A stretch of 64,000 nt of DNA from assembly GCF_006345805.1 (NCBI RefSeq), contig NC_042999.1, positions 144,832,001-144,896,000 of the forward strand. The letters are read 5' to 3'. The DNA is from Octopus sinensis (lineage: Eukaryota). Under the pieces are notes generated by a model. That model ran no database searches and was not told the DNA's origin. It worked only from the letters and a program-made list of their open reading frames with translations. This document shows positions 1 to 13,664 of the stretch, one piece after another (within the stretch, counting starts at the first letter, position 1; every line of letters begins with the position of its first letter). The translations under genes were made by a program, and so were the position numbers.

Positions 1-135
1 TCAGTCAGGCAGTACTGGCATCAACCACGTGCAGATGGTGCTTTTTAAATGCCACCAGCACAGGGGGCACTGGCATCAACCACATTCAGATGGTGCTTTT
101 TACATGCCACCGGCACGGGAGCCAGTCAGATCACA
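1..135 (-). mobile_element. Fragment of RTE-tail repeat family (internal ggtgcttttacrtgccacc modules)
   Basis: Two tandem copies of 'actggcatcaaccac...agatggtgctttt(t)a(a/c)atgccacc(a/g)gcac'. The same module occurs in RTE-tail elements at 22.3, 61.4 and 62.2 kb. Confidence 0.6.
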
Positions 136-1023
136 TGATATCTAGACAAGGGTACACACTTATACATGCAATGTTTTAAGAACAATACAAATGAAAAGGA
201 GGGGAATTCTAGATGACTAGTTCCAGAAAGGGATGATTTTTCAAAGTCTTTACTACTTGATCTGAGAATAAAGATATAGTAGGGGTGCTGAGAAAAATAG
301 GGACAGGTGTGTTGGGTGAGCCTGGTTGGAGTGGGTTTACAACTATTTAGTTCATAAAAGCAAAAGCCATTGTGATTGTCACAAAAGGAACAGAGAAAAA
401 ATGCACCTGTGAGCTAATGACTGAATCATGCTGGTAAGAGAATGTTTGCCATTCAGCTAGATGGTTCTATTTGGATGTGATCTGGGATGTATGTACATCC
501 AGTGGTAGCATCACAATCTCAGATATGTGAGCAATGCTCCCAATATGGGTTTTATTTGAACAGAACAAAATCAATTACAGATAAATCATAGCCAGATTAA
601 TATATTTCAAGCATGTTTCTCACAGATATGAATTCTAATATACATGAGCCAACATGGCAGCCTTCTACTTGGTCACTCAACCTGCTAAAGGTAGCAGGCA
701 AATCTCCCCCAAATCACCCCATACCACCTTCTGTAATGATAGAACACATTAAATAATTTATTTCTACACACGCTGTAAAAGATAGGATGGTCATGGCTAC
801 ATAAACTTCCATTATAGTTTGACCTGAGGCTAAACAACAACAATATCTGATATGATTTTCATCTGGTCAACTGGCAAATGGTTGATAAAAGAAAGTGATG
901 TATTAATATTAGGGAGATGAAAGCCATGTTGTATCAGACAAGGATTCCTTATGCTTCAATCCATTTGGAAACACTGTTTCATGAGGCTTATTATTTGTGC
1001 TTGTATACCTACTAGGCACAAAA

Positions 1024-1356
1024 GCACATGGCTTAGTGGTTAGAGTGTTGGGCTCATAATGATGAGGTAGCAAGTTTGATTCCCAGACTGGGCTGTGTTG
1101 TGTTCTTGAGCAAGACACTTTATTTCAGGTTGCCCCAGTTCGACCAGCTGTAGAAATGAGTTGTGATGTCACTGGTGCCAAGTTGTTTGGCCTTTGCCTT
1201 TTCCTTGGATATCCTCAATGGCATGGAGAGAGGAGACTGGTATGCATGGGTGACTCTGGTTTTAAATAAACAGCTTTGCCTGGACTTGTGCCTTGGAAGG
1301 GAACTTTCTAGGGCAATCCCATGGTCATTCATGACTGAAAGGGGTCTTTACTTTTT
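1024..1356 (+). mobile_element. tRNA-derived SINE
   Basis: A-box-like 'tggcttagtggttagagtg' and B-box-like 'gtttgattccc', followed by a SINE body and a (cttta)-type tail. Similar heads occur at 51.6 and 56.4 kb. Confidence 0.65.
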
Positions 1357-1560
1357 ACTTTTATACATACTAGGTAGTTCTTATGCTAGCTTCTCTTCCT
1401 CACTACTTCTCAACAACATAACTGGAAGGTATTAAGAAAGAATCTGTGCTCTGTACAGTGTGAAATGTAGTAAACCTGAATTAACAAAACAAAGACAGAT
1501 TCCACCTGAGCCTATTTAGGTAATGAGTCAACAAACTAATAATTTGATGTAAATACTTAC

Positions 1561-1687
1561 CATCTTTGCCTGCCATGTATTTAACATCAGAAATGAAAAT
1601 GTTTGGGAAACCATCATCGAAGCTGCCCCAGTTAATGGTTTTGCGTAACTGAACTTGCCGTTTGATACGTCTAGATCTTTTAGCTGC
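1561..1687 (-). CDS. Class II ribose-phosphate pyrophosphokinase (PRS3/PRS4-like), internal coding exon
   Basis: 127-nt exon bounded by ttcttag| acceptor and |gtaagt donor. It translates as AAKRSRRIKRQVQLRKTINWGSFDDGFPNIFISDVKYMAGKD(g), matching from recall the class II PRS motif INWxxFxDGFPNLFI. Its phase-0 start fits the upstream exon. Confidence 0.85.
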
Positions 1688-2329
1688 CTAAGAATAAATA
1701 GAATGCTTTAAGTCAATGAATATGCATAGGCTGTAAGGAAGAATGAAGAAGAGGGGGAAATATACTAAAACAGAGAGAGGAAGATGGCGAGAGCAGAAAA
1801 ATTGTTTCCTTTTAATCAAGACAAAGTCATTCTTAGTGTGCAGCTACAGCAAAGTCAAATGGTTCTCTGAGACAGCCTCTTGAGCTAAAGAAAAAGACTC
1901 TAGGATGTATTTAAACCTTCAAGAAATAGCAACTAAATCTCCTTAAATCACTCCTGTGATCCTAGATGCACTATACTTGAAAGTAAAATGAAATGGTCAC
2001 AGCTGGGATGCCTTTAAATATGTCTACTTAAACAATGAAATACAAATTTGAACCTAGTGAGACTTAAACAAACTGAGAATCTACAGGAACAAAATGAAAT
2101 ACTGTAGGGCATCTTTCAAATGTCAAGTGTTTCTTAACTCTACTGGCCTAAAGCCTATAAGAGGCAGAAATACTTAAATGTGTGTGTGTGTCACCTATAC
2201 AGGCCAGACTGTTGGATATGAGCAATAGTTACAATTCACCTCCATCTTCACCCAAATCAATTAACTAAATCATCTTCCTATCATTGAGGAGTCCTTCTAA
2301 GTCGTCTTCTCTAAACTTTTGGTACCACT

Positions 2330-2600
2330 TGGCAACTGCATGGGTTCATCTGTTGTCTGCAAACCTTTTACTGTATCTGGTCCATGTCTAGAAATGGTCA
2401 TCAAAGACACTGACAGGACAGGTAATGTGAACATCAACTGCAAACTGCTAATACACTACCAATTCACAGATGACATTATCCTCAACACCTAAATCACAGA
2501 TCAGCTACAGACAATGCTGGCAGGACTGGACACTCATAGCTTGGCAGTGAGCCTTAAAATGAACCACATGAAAATAAAATATTTTTCAGTCGGAAGACAT
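2330..2600 (+). mobile_element. Decayed RTE-clade LINE RT fragment
   Basis: Translates as ...GPCLEMVIKD...VNINCKLLIHYQFTDDIILNT*ITDQLQTML, resembling RTE RT around the FADD motif. Confidence 0.45.
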
Positions 2601-2759
2601 AGTACAGGGCTCCATCATCATTCACTCAGACAGTGCACTCCAAAAGTACACTCGTTCTCTATAATGTATTCAATTTTTTTCTGTATGGGGATCTATTGCA
2701 ACTAACGGAAACGCAGTATTTACTCCATTGTATCAACCACAATACTTAGTCAAGTACAG

Positions 2760-3760
2760 ATTTTATTAACCTATGAACTGAATAACCGCGTTATTTTTGC
2801 GGTTACTTTAGAGTTACCTCCCCTTACACAGTATACCCTACAACAATTTTTAATTGATGTATTACAGAAAGATATGAAGAGGATCGATTGCAAAACGCAA
2901 TAAGCGCTAAAATAATGATTTTGTAGATGTTATTATCAATCTATTGTCCATGGAAGCGGGAACGTTACTGCATAATTAGTTTTTTTGCACTACGAATCAT
3001 ATCTCCAGCATATTTGTGTTAAAAAGTAACTTTTATAGCAAAACGCAATAAACACCACTAGTCTTTCGCATATCCACCTGGCCAATCAGGGTGCTCGATA
3101 TGTCCAACATAGTGGGCCCCCTAGAAAAGAAGAGCGCTACCACAACAAGCCTTAGCCTGCATAAACTATACAACGCGTACGTACGTACATACAAGGTATA
3201 ATTTTAAGGTTCATACCTCAGTCACAGTAACTAACGCATCAAGACAGTCACGTTCATGTTCGAAAGTTTTTATTTCTTTGGACTCATGCATGAATTTCCA
3301 GGAAAATTAATAGTTTTGACGTTCTAGAAGAGCAGCTGGAATTGTCCCCTGCCCCAAGGAAACGCAGAATGTGCAAGGGAAATCATGAGAGAGAAAGACT
3401 TAAGCGAATGCGACATTCGGGTTTAGGTACAGTGCCTCAATTGGGCTGCAGACATACCATACTACAAAATGAACATTGTCATGCTTTTCTTCTTTCTCCA
3501 ACCGATCTGGTTTTTAATCAAGCCAAATTTTACGAAAAACCAAATAAGGTGATTCAGGAGGAGTTTATTTTGAACTTAGTGGAAATTGGCTGCCCAAAAC
3601 GACGTCGTGGTGAGCAACAGGGAAGACACAGAAGTGTGGATGTAATGTATTTCATGTTAACAGTGGATCATCCAAGGAAGATAAAAGTCTGCAATGAGGA
3701 GACATTTGTTAAAGTTCTCTGTAAGTTGACACAGATATTTCATTATAAATCTCAATAAAG
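2760..3760 (+). mobile_element. Truncated DNA transposon with Sola-like transposase N-terminal fragment
   Basis: ORF 3342-3758 contains FYEKPNKVIQEEFILNLVEIGCPKRRR...SVDVMYFM...KIKVCNEETFVKVL, which resembles the N-terminal region of Sola transposases from recall. The catalytic domain is absent. Confidence 0.45.
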
Positions 3761-4224
3761 CCTTAATCTGAAGTTAGAAATCTAAAAAAGTTAGATAGAT
3801 ACGTCTAGGATGTTAGGAATAAGATTGATCAACTTGAAACCAGCAGGAAATGACAATAAATTTAGTCAAAATTCAAAACATCTTTCCTTGCACCGTGAAA
3901 TATCATTGACTGTTACTCAGCATTGCTTTCCTATTTCATGTTTGGTATCACAAACATACCTTGTAACTGCAGGGCACTATGAATGGTGAGTTCTTACTGC
4001 CAAAAGGCTAGGGCCAAGACAGCCTGTCAGAGGCACAGTGCCAGCAGTACTCTGGTCTATGCTATGATATACGGTATGTATTGTTCATGTAACGCAGTGA
4101 ACGCACCCAGCCCTAGTCTAGGGCCGAGGCCTAAACATTGTATGGTTGGAGGAGTGGGTTGTATAACCGGACACTTAACTTAAGCCTTACATTAATTAAA
4201 CTATATATATATATATATCTGTCA

Positions 4225-4353
4225 CAGGCGTAAGAAACTTGCTTCCAGGTTCAATCCCAGTGCATGGCACTTAGGGTATTTTCTACTATAGCCTCAACTA
4301 TAACCAAAGCCTTGTGAGTGGATTTGGTAGATGGAAACTGAAAGAAGCCCATC

Positions 4354-4356
<3 letters not shown>
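4225..4356 (+). mobile_element. Truncated tRNA-SINE head
   Basis: 'ggcgtaagaaacttgcttccaggttcaatccc...gccttgtgagtggatttggtagatggaaactgaaagaagcccatcg', the same family as 11.3 and 59.4 kb. Confidence 0.65.
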
Positions 4357-4392
<36 letters not shown>

Positions 4393-4396
<4 letters not shown>

Positions 4397-5618
4397 GTAT
4401 CCCAGAAGTCGCACACCATTCTGTTTTCTATTAAAAATAATTAATGTAATTTTTTTTTCTTGTTTATTTATTTTCTGTCTTTCGGATTGAATTATGGCTA
4501 ATAAACTACGAGTAGAAGAAAGAGTTCAAATACTTTTCATGTTTGGAAGAGATGAGGCAACACACCACCCAGTAGCTGAAGAATTCAACTGCAAACACCC
4601 TGAGTGAGAACCATTGAGCCATACTACTGTCTGCGGTTTAATCAAATGTTTCCAAGAAAGTGGCTCAGTTGCTGACCATAAGAAATATAGGCGACCAAAG
4701 AGTGTAACTGATGAAGAAACATCCACTATTGTTTTGGCAAAAGTGGCTCGTAGTCCTATGAAATCAGTCAGAAGAGTAAACCAGGAGCAAATCATCAGTG
4801 TATCATATTCTCAAGACTCATAAATTTCATCTGTACAAAGTGCATCTTGTGCAAACACTTCATGGTGATGACAAAGATAGACAATTGGAAGTCAGTGAAT
4901 AGATTTGCGCACATAGAGATTCTTCAATATTCTTCAGTGATGAAGCCAGCTTCCATTTGAATGGCCAAATAAATTGGCATAATATGCGCTATTGGTCAGA
5001 TAACAATCCACATTGGAATGAGGGGGGACACCATGAGAATAAACCAAGGATTATGATCTGAGCTAGAATATGGGAAGAGAAAATCACTGGCCCTTAGTTT
5101 TTTAACAATAATATCACTGGTGAAACCTATTTAGAGCTCTTGCAGACCTTCTTGTTTGACTACCTTGAGGATGTTCCATAATTCAACGCAAAAACTTTTT
5201 TCAGCAGGATGGAGCTCCAGCATACTTTGCATAATTGCATGCATAACTACTTAAACCAGACCTTTCCTAACAGATGGATTGGACAGATAGGTTCCATGGA
5301 GTGGCCAACCTGATCCCCAAATCTTACTTCCCTTGACTATTTCCTCTGGGGACATCTCAAATCTGTTGTGTGCCAGAATTGTCCGTGCACTCTTGATAAT
5401 TTGAAGGATGCAAAAACAATTGAGTGCCAAAAGATCACCGTTTCCACCATGAGGAGTGTGAAAGACAGTTTCATAAAGAGAATTGATGCATGTTTTACTG
5501 TAGAGGGTGCTCAATTTATGCATTTGTAATGAATAATTTCAATAAAGTGTTTTTGAAATCAATAAAGGTGTATTTTTTTTAAAAAACCAGGATGATGCAT
5601 GATTTCTGGGACACCCTG
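4393..5618 (+). mobile_element. Tc1/mariner-superfamily transposon fossil
   Basis: Imperfect TIRs (catagtatcccagaagtc / gatttctgggacaccctg) inside (TA)n. Broken transposase motifs are present: FSDEASFHLNG..N.HNMRYWS, FFQQDGAP, and a WP-SPDLT-LDYFLWGHLKS-like region, with many stops and frameshifts. Confidence 0.85.
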
Positions 5619-8600
5619 TATATATATATATATATATGAAATTTTTAAAAAACAGCAGTTTGCAATGTTTTACCAAAAAGGAAAACTATAATTGTCCCTA
5701 AATGCAACTAGGGTGTTATAAATACCTACATTGCTAGAAATCAGAGCTAAAATGCTTTAATGCTGTAGTCAAAGCTTGTATGTGATTGCTCAGTCTGCTA
5801 AAAATAGCAAACAAATTGCCTTCAAAAAGACACGTCACTCAAGTTTGGAACACTTTTAATTATGGATCTGCTAAATTAGGGTTGACCTGAAAGTAAATAA
5901 CTACAACCACTAACCACATTACTTTGTCTAAAGCATTCCTTCTCAAGGGGATATCTTGTTAGGTTAAAGAGCCTTTATACACAGTATGTTTACTACATCA
6001 TCTCGCATCTTATAGGCTCAGAGTTAGCAGAGTAGTGGACGGGACTGACTTATTTGATACTACTTGCTGTTGAGCTATAAAGTTTTTTTCCAAAAGATTA
6101 AGGAAACTCACATTTTAAAAAATTATTTCTTTTTCTTTTTCTCCACTCAGAAAACAATAATTTTTGTAATGTCTTTGATGTTTGTATATTCACATTTGCA
6201 TTTCTTTCCCATTATCATTATCAGAGTTTTGCATGAAATATGTAAATATAAATATTAAATGTTACTTACTAAAGATGATGTTATTCCACACAGTGAGGTT
6301 CCTTGTGAATCATTTTGTGAATTGTCATTCATTATTTCAGGGCTACTGCATTCCTAATAACAATAATTGATTTTAGCAGTAGAAGAATAGGCTCAAAGAA
6401 TTGGAAAATGACAGAAAAGCAGGACTGTTTGTTCAAATGTAGAATACGCAATGATATAGATGAGACTAAAACTCACATTATTTCAAAATGCTTACAGTTG
6501 ACTTAAATACAAAAGTGTAGGCAATAATTAATTAGAGCTTTTGTAATAGGCCTGGCTTTACATGCACAGAAAAGAGCTATAATAATTTTGTGGGTACAGA
6601 AATTAAAGTCTTCAAAAACAATTAAGTAAAGCTGTCATGAGACTTTCCTATAAAAAGTGAATGGAAAATAGAATACAAGCGAGATAATGTAGTTGCTGAT
6701 AAGAAGCTGAATGTGTGTCTTGTTTCCTTTAGTCTCCTTCTTATGCAGGTTCCTTCCACTTAGATCACTTTGCATTTCTTTACCTAATGGTCATCTTCTA
6801 CAAATGTTGGTTTCCAGTATATCTGATATCGTTGTTGGTAACATCATATGCATTATGCTAACATAGTTCAAACATCTCAACTCAAGCAGAATCCCCTACA
6901 ACAACTATAACATCTACAGCAGTAACCTCTAGAGCCAAAACATATTGAAACAATGAGAGCAGACATTTCATGGATCAAGCATTGATATCAAATGATCTGA
7001 CAGGCAGCCATTTACCACTAACACAAAGCAGGTGTCATTATATAATGTAGGGATCTAACCCCTGAACATGACTGAAAGTGGTTGTGTGTAGTATATATAC
7101 TTGGTACTAGTTACTGACCACACTGAATACTTTAGATTAATCCATTAGCATGCCACCAAAACTAGAGCTATGATGTAACACAAAAGGCAGAGGTTTTTTG
7201 GAGAGATTCATCAAATATTGCACAGGCTTATGTGAGCTCAAAAACATGGCCTATAACAAGCACCAAAATCTTTGAATTTGCATCCAGCAGAAACATGGGT
7301 TTAAGACTGTCTATAACACACTACATTTGCATCCTTTCTCGTCAGAGAACCACATAAATGGGAATTCTTCCACTCTGCAGCCAGTTCTGTTAGATCTCTG
7401 AAAACAGAAGGGAAAACAAGTGTGGTAAGCTTGAATAAAGTTCATTGATAAGTTTATCCAGTTCTGACAATTTACTTTTCACAGTTAGTCATAATATCCA
7501 CCATTTTGGAACCTAGAAATGGATTTTTGTACCATTGATCTCTTTCTCTGTGATTTGACACAAACCATAAGATTGGAATTGAAACCCACTAACTCCAGTT
7601 CATCTGCCCAAGTAGTTCAACAAAGTGCCATTGAGAAGCACGCATGTCCACTTACAAATAGATAACACATACCTTTGGTGAACCACCAGAGTCTTGCAGT
7701 ATAGATTGGGTGCCATGACATGCTTCTACCACCAAAACCTTTAGAACAGTTTTAATGCCATTATGTTTTAGCACCTTAAGTAAAACTCAACCTTTATGTC
7801 TAGCAAAGAAGTGCCCAAGTGTCTATTCCTACTGCAACCACTTTAGTTGAGAAATCCTTTTCAACAGCTTCTAAATCAGCTTTTAACTACCTCTACTGTT
7901 TATTGCTTACTATTGCTACTTCTACACTGTACACAATTTTTTTCTTTTTCAAGCACACCCATCATCATTCCAATTAATTACCACTTCACTAATTGGGTCT
8001 CTTTATGAGTTTGGGTACATATGTCATGTTCAGTTTCATGTAACTAGATCCTTATCTAAAAATCTTATCATTTTCAAATGGTTGATTACACAGACTACAA
8101 TTTTGTAAAGTTAATCACATGAAACTATAAACAAGTTAGACCATTCCTATTGGATATTCTAAAACCACTCTAACTATGTACGATATGGATGACCTGGAGC
8201 AATTTTCCAAAGTCCAAGCCAGTGAATGCTGATAATCTAGTTGTATCTGTCAAACAGTTGGAAATGTTTGAACATATTGAAGAGACTTTTGCACTCATCC
8301 ATCCTAAATATCAATCCCATTTGATCCTGACATATATCTTTGGTGCCCTTCCACTAATACTAGTAAGCAAGATGAAATAAAGATCTCTAAGCACCTGAAG
8401 AAATCTTGGTAGTCTGTCCACATTGGTACATTAATGATTGCCAACCTGAGCACTACCATTCATGAACAGGTCCACTAATGGCTACCGGGTACTGGATAAT
8501 AACCTTATTTTGAGACATAGGAGGCCTTTTCTAAACACAGTCACCCCACATGGTTCAGATGAACCAAAAGAAATTACACCTCATAGTCAATATTAGAAGC

Positions 8601-8759
8601 AAAATTGACTGTATTGGAAACCCCAGTCTCACTAATAGTGACCTTGCTTTCTGATGTCGCCAATTCCCACCTTTAGCCATGAACATTCAAACAGCTAATA
8701 TTCAATTCCTGTTTCAATTAACAAGATAAGCTTCATCTTTTTGGTGAGTAAGTGGTTGG

Positions 8760-8890
8760 AGATCACGCGGTCGTTAGCCTCAAATCGCCAGGCCTGGTCG
8801 GCCTTTGTGAGAGATGCAGCATTGAGGATGGATGAAGCCAGCTCAACCCACCCCAGGTGAATGCTGTCTCAAGTCAAGTGAGTAAGTGGG
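8760..8890 (+). mobile_element. RTE LINE 3' end fragment
   Basis: '...ccagctcaacccaccccaggtgaatgctgtctcaagtcaagtgagtaagt', an RTE-type 3' end with a (taag)-like tail. Confidence 0.45.
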
Positions 8891-11262
8891 GGATCTCCAA
8901 AACTGATATGAAGCATCAAGGACCCTGTATTGTATTCTCCCACATAACCTGGAAAGATGGCCTTCATTCCTTGGTAAACTGTTGATACCATTTTCACCAA
9001 CAATTTATGAAGGCACCCATTAATGTTATCCCAAACCAGCATAGTACTTTTAATTTTTCCTTCTTTTTTTAATAAATTCTATCAATTGTAAAACTGAGGA
9101 TATGCAAGCTGATAAGGTTCTTTCTGTGGGCATTTGATCTTCTCAGTCTCAACCTTGGTCAGCCCCTCTTAGACACCATTTTTATTTTCTTTCGCCATCA
9201 TTACATGATAATAGGAAGGATGAAATACTTGCAACAGAGGTGAATCCTCTAAAGGCAATTAAGGGTCTAGTGGGAGAGATAGATTGGAGAACAGATTAAG
9301 TCGACCACCCAAGAACAGGAACAGTGCCTCCAACAGGTTTCCACACAGTTTCTACCTAACCAGCTTTCCTTACAAAGCCATGGTTGCTCCTAGATTATGG
9401 TAGCAGTCACTTACTCTAGGCATTGTGCAGTGACATCAGCACCAAAACTGTGTAATAGCAAAGTTAACTTTTTACCTACACAACAATGCTTTCTATTACT
9501 CTCGACAAAGGAATGATTATCATAGCTTCTTATACCTTCTACTCTATAGTTCTGACATCTATCTTACAGAATTTAAAATTATCTTATAACGATTCTCAGC
9601 TCAGGATCTGCAGCAATATTTTTATTTTCATAAACTCTCAATCCAAACAGTAGTAGTAAAGTACAGTAATATACTAAGGTCAACGCACAACCTGGTGCCA
9701 AGTTAGAAGAAATTGATATCACAACTTCAAATTCATAAACATGTGCATGCAAATACTTAAGTGCTTAGGTGTGTGTACATACATCTACAGGCATAAATCT
9801 GTTTATTCCTGAAGCTTTCCCATGATAATAATTTTTAACTAGGCCAGGAACACATAAATCCTAAAATAATTGAACCAGTGAATTACTACTTTTGTAAAAA
9901 GTAGACGAGTCTATCCCCAATATCAATACAGTATATTTTATATAGTGTAGAAATTCATGATGAATTGAATTTATCTAAACTGATTTCTTTTTTTTAAATA
10001 TCACTATTATTCTTTTTGTAACTCATACAAATGGTTCTATCTTTTTTAGTGCAAAAACATCAGTGAACATCATCTCCAAAGAATTCAGCAAATAAATTAA
10101 AAATACAAAACAAGAGATATATGCTGATACCCAGTTACCATGAAGCAAAAACTAATGTCTTGGGCTATGCCCTTCAGAAGAAATTTTTTTCTCTATTAGC
10201 ACATCAAGAATACACTATCATTAGCATACCAACTGTAAAGTGACTACCCTTCTAGACAAGTGGAGCTAAATGTCTAGCAGAGGGACAAGAGATCTTGCCT
10301 ACTGTAGGAAAATACAAGTGTGCTTCGTCTGATAACTTAAACCACCTGAATATTTTGATGATTGATTCTTTGTCCCTATCAGAGAAGCAGCAGTGATAAA
10401 CATAGTATAATGGTTGTAGTGATATTGGAAGTAGAAATGGTAGAGATAGCTATTAGTAATGGTGAAATAGCAAATAGCAATATGAAAATGGTAACTGGAG
10501 CAAGAATATTGAAGGTGAAGATGGAAATATTTAGTGATAGCAGCAGCAACAGCTACACCAATAATTACATATTCAAAGCTACAATTTCTTCAAGAAATAT
10601 TTCTGAACTAATAACTCCCCACACACACACTCACGCAGAATACTTGACATTGCCCAAGATGAAAAGTAGCTATAAATGTCCCAGAATTGTTCTTAAGGAA
10701 GGTTTTTTTTTTTACCCATGTAATAGAACACTGTTAAGTATCTCTTAAAACAGCTATGTGAAAAATGAAATTGTTTTCCTCTCCATTTATTAGTCTGGTG
10801 TGTAATGCACTCTAACGCAGATTCGTATTCAATATGAATGGTACATTTCATACATATTAAATAAAAATACAGTTTTATCTGAAAGTAAAGACAGCTTTCT
10901 TTCATTTGAAATCCTTACTTAACACAATATTTTATCTTTTATTCTATAAAATTTTATCTTCTATTCTTAAAATAATTTGAAAAATGAATAGAAACAGGAG
11001 TGCTTGGAGAGGGAGATGAACCACCCATGAGAATAAAATCATTCTTAAAATATGTAGAAGCTGGAGTGTCCAGAGGAAACCTATACAGGCAAATATTTGA
11101 ACTGCAATATATGCAATGATAAATAATGTTAGGAATTGTGATGAATCCCAGGTTATATTAGATCTACACCTATCAATTGTGAATATTTTTGTTATAGCCA
11201 TCAGAGGCATAAATAACAGATTTTGGAGGTTTCCTAACAACTGAATATTCTACATATTCGCA

Positions 11263-11655
11263 GAGTGGCTGTGTAGTAAGTAGCTTGCTTACCAACCACA
11301 TGGTTCCGGGTTCAGTCCCACTGCGTGGCACTTTGGGCAAGTGTGTTCTACTATAGCCTCGGACCGACCAAAGCCTTGTGAGTGGATTTGGTAGATGGAA
11401 ACTCAAAGAAGCCCGTCATATACATGTATATATATGTTTGTGTGTATGTTTGTGTCTGTGTTTGTCCCCCTAGCATTGCTTGACAACCGATGCTGGTGTG
11501 TTTATGTCCCCATAACTTAGCGGTTCGGCAAAAGAGACCGATAGAATAAGTACTGGGCTTACAACGAATAAGTCCTGGGGTCGATTTGCTCAACTAAAGG
11601 TGGTGCTCCAGCATGGCCACAGTCAAATGACTGAAACAAGTAAAAGAGTAAAAGA
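11263..11655 (+). mobile_element. tRNA-derived SINE, near full length
   Basis: Head 'tggctgtgtagtaag...ggttccgggttcagtccc', central (TG)-rich stretch, body 'gcggttcggcaaaagagaccgatagaataagtact' and (taaaaga) tail. Nearly identical to 59355-59778. Confidence 0.8.
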
Positions 11656-13516
11656 ATATATGACTGCCCATGAAAAATGCAGGATTTCTCAAGGTGCAGT
11701 CCAGCAACTGTTAATGTTGTGTCCTAGAGATTTATTGATTGACATGACAAAATTTAGATTTACTGGGAGCTGAAGCCTTCTAAATGAAAGGGACACATCT
11801 ACTGGTATGAATGGAATACTAAATATAACTGCATCTTCTGCTTTGGTGCACCTAGTGAGAACAATACTTTCAATGACATGCAGTACAAAATTATTAACCA
11901 TCAGTCATGTGCCATTGCATAATCACAACCAAAGTATCTTACACATTATTGGAGATCTTTTTTTTTTTGTTGAAGTCAAGTTTAGCAGTAAACTAGAAGG
12001 TTCCAAGAATTTTCAAAATTCCATTGGAGAGTGAAATCTTCTTGATCCACATTATCCATTGATTTCCTGAAAGTGCCTACAACAGTTGCCAGTTAATGCT
12101 GTTAACTGGAGAGTTTAGGTGAAAATATAAATCTTTCACACAATCACATGTCAGATAATGATGTTGCAAGGTTAGAGAACACCTTCAATATTAATTCATT
12201 TGTGTATTAACCATTGTCTTCAGAGGTGCAAAGTCAATTGTGTCATCACTGTCAAAAGGAAACCTTCATAAAAAGCTTTGGCCAAACTCACGGGACAGCT
12301 TATCTCCAAAAAGATTGAACTTCATGTTTGTAGAAAGTTTGAAGACTTCAACTTTGATCCAAAGTGATGGCAATTTAAGGTAAACTTGAATTTTAATGGC
12401 ATTTGTTCCTTTTAGAACAACTGGCAAAGTCTGGTGGAAGTCACTTAACAATACCACTGTTACTCACCCCCATTTAAGATCTACTGGCACACAAGTCTGC
12501 AAAGTCCTGTGCAGGGCCGCCAGTGCTCTTTTGTGTTCTAATGTGCAGTCATCTTAAGCAATCATTTCTTAAGAACTTGCCCAGTTCACAAACTCTTTAT
12601 TATGATCAAGGGCAAATTATAAGATCTATTAAAGGGATAAGAAGGTATAAAAGAGAAGATTTATTATTATTGCTAGATATTATTAATTTATTAATATTTA
12701 TGCTAGCAAAGGAAATGCTTGAAAGCAGGACATACTGTCGAGTTTCTGGGAAGGAGTGGTGCTGGCAATATCTGTAAAAGTAGCTGCTATGGCTATGCCT
12801 TTACATTTATGGCAAACATGTCAGAGGTGGTGGGGAGAGATTGGTATTGATGCAGGTGGTTGAATGAACTATCTCAAACTATGATATGATAGAAGTTTCT
12901 GCAAGAGACAGATTTTGAAGAATTTCATTTGACCTGTGGTAATTGTAAATGATATCAGTCTTCAGTATTGCCATAAAGAGTTATATAGCAACATATCATA
13001 GGAGCTATATATTTCATTTATATTTGAAAGTGTTGTCTTCGTATGTCAGAATGATGTTGCTTTTGCTATGTGATTCTCCACTCATGATGACAGCAACCTC
13101 CATTGCATTCTGGTGTATTGAAACAGTGTGCATATTTTCTAGAGAGTCTCTTGTTCTCATGAACAATTTGAAGCTCCAAAATGAGCTCAGATGCAAATAT
13201 GTACATAAAACTTATCAGAACTGATCTTTGCTTAGCACATCGATTTCTGTCTATCCCACTCTTTCTATCTATTATTCTTTCAGTTTCTCTTTTATCTTGT
13301 TCGCATATTCACAATTTCTTGCACTTAGATTAGATACTGCGCACTCACATTTACAAAACCATTTGCATCTTTCTGTCATCTAGCAACTGCATTTATATTT
13401 AAACTCACGTCTTCCGTTCCTCTTAAACTTATAAGTGTATAACGAATTGCTAATAAAATTACATTTCATCATAACTAATTTCAAATGACAGCCACAAAAT
13501 TTGACTTCCTGCTTAA

Positions 13517-13664
13517 CCCTTTGGTATTCAAATCGGCCATGCCAGGCCCAGCCAGACCAGGCCTCACACACCAATCCTACTAGGTCATTCTAAAAATAAA
13601 CAATTACATCATTAATTTAAGTAAATAAGCATTACAATTGTAATGTAGTCTGAATGCTAAAGGG
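13517..13664. mobile_element. piggyBac-type MITE
   Basis: TTAA|ccctttggtattca ... tgaatgctaaaggg|TTAA, i.e. TTAA TSD and CCC/GGG TIR ends. Same family as 30372-30548. Confidence 0.75.

Noticed and set aside
6780-6825. Possible extra PRS exon (ag...gtaa boundaries on minus strand)
   Set aside because: No frame gives a PRS-like peptide, and one frame has a stop.
11263-11340. tRNA-like sequences at SINE heads
   Set aside because: A/B boxes are present but no full cloverleaf; they continue into SINE bodies, so they are not tRNA genes.
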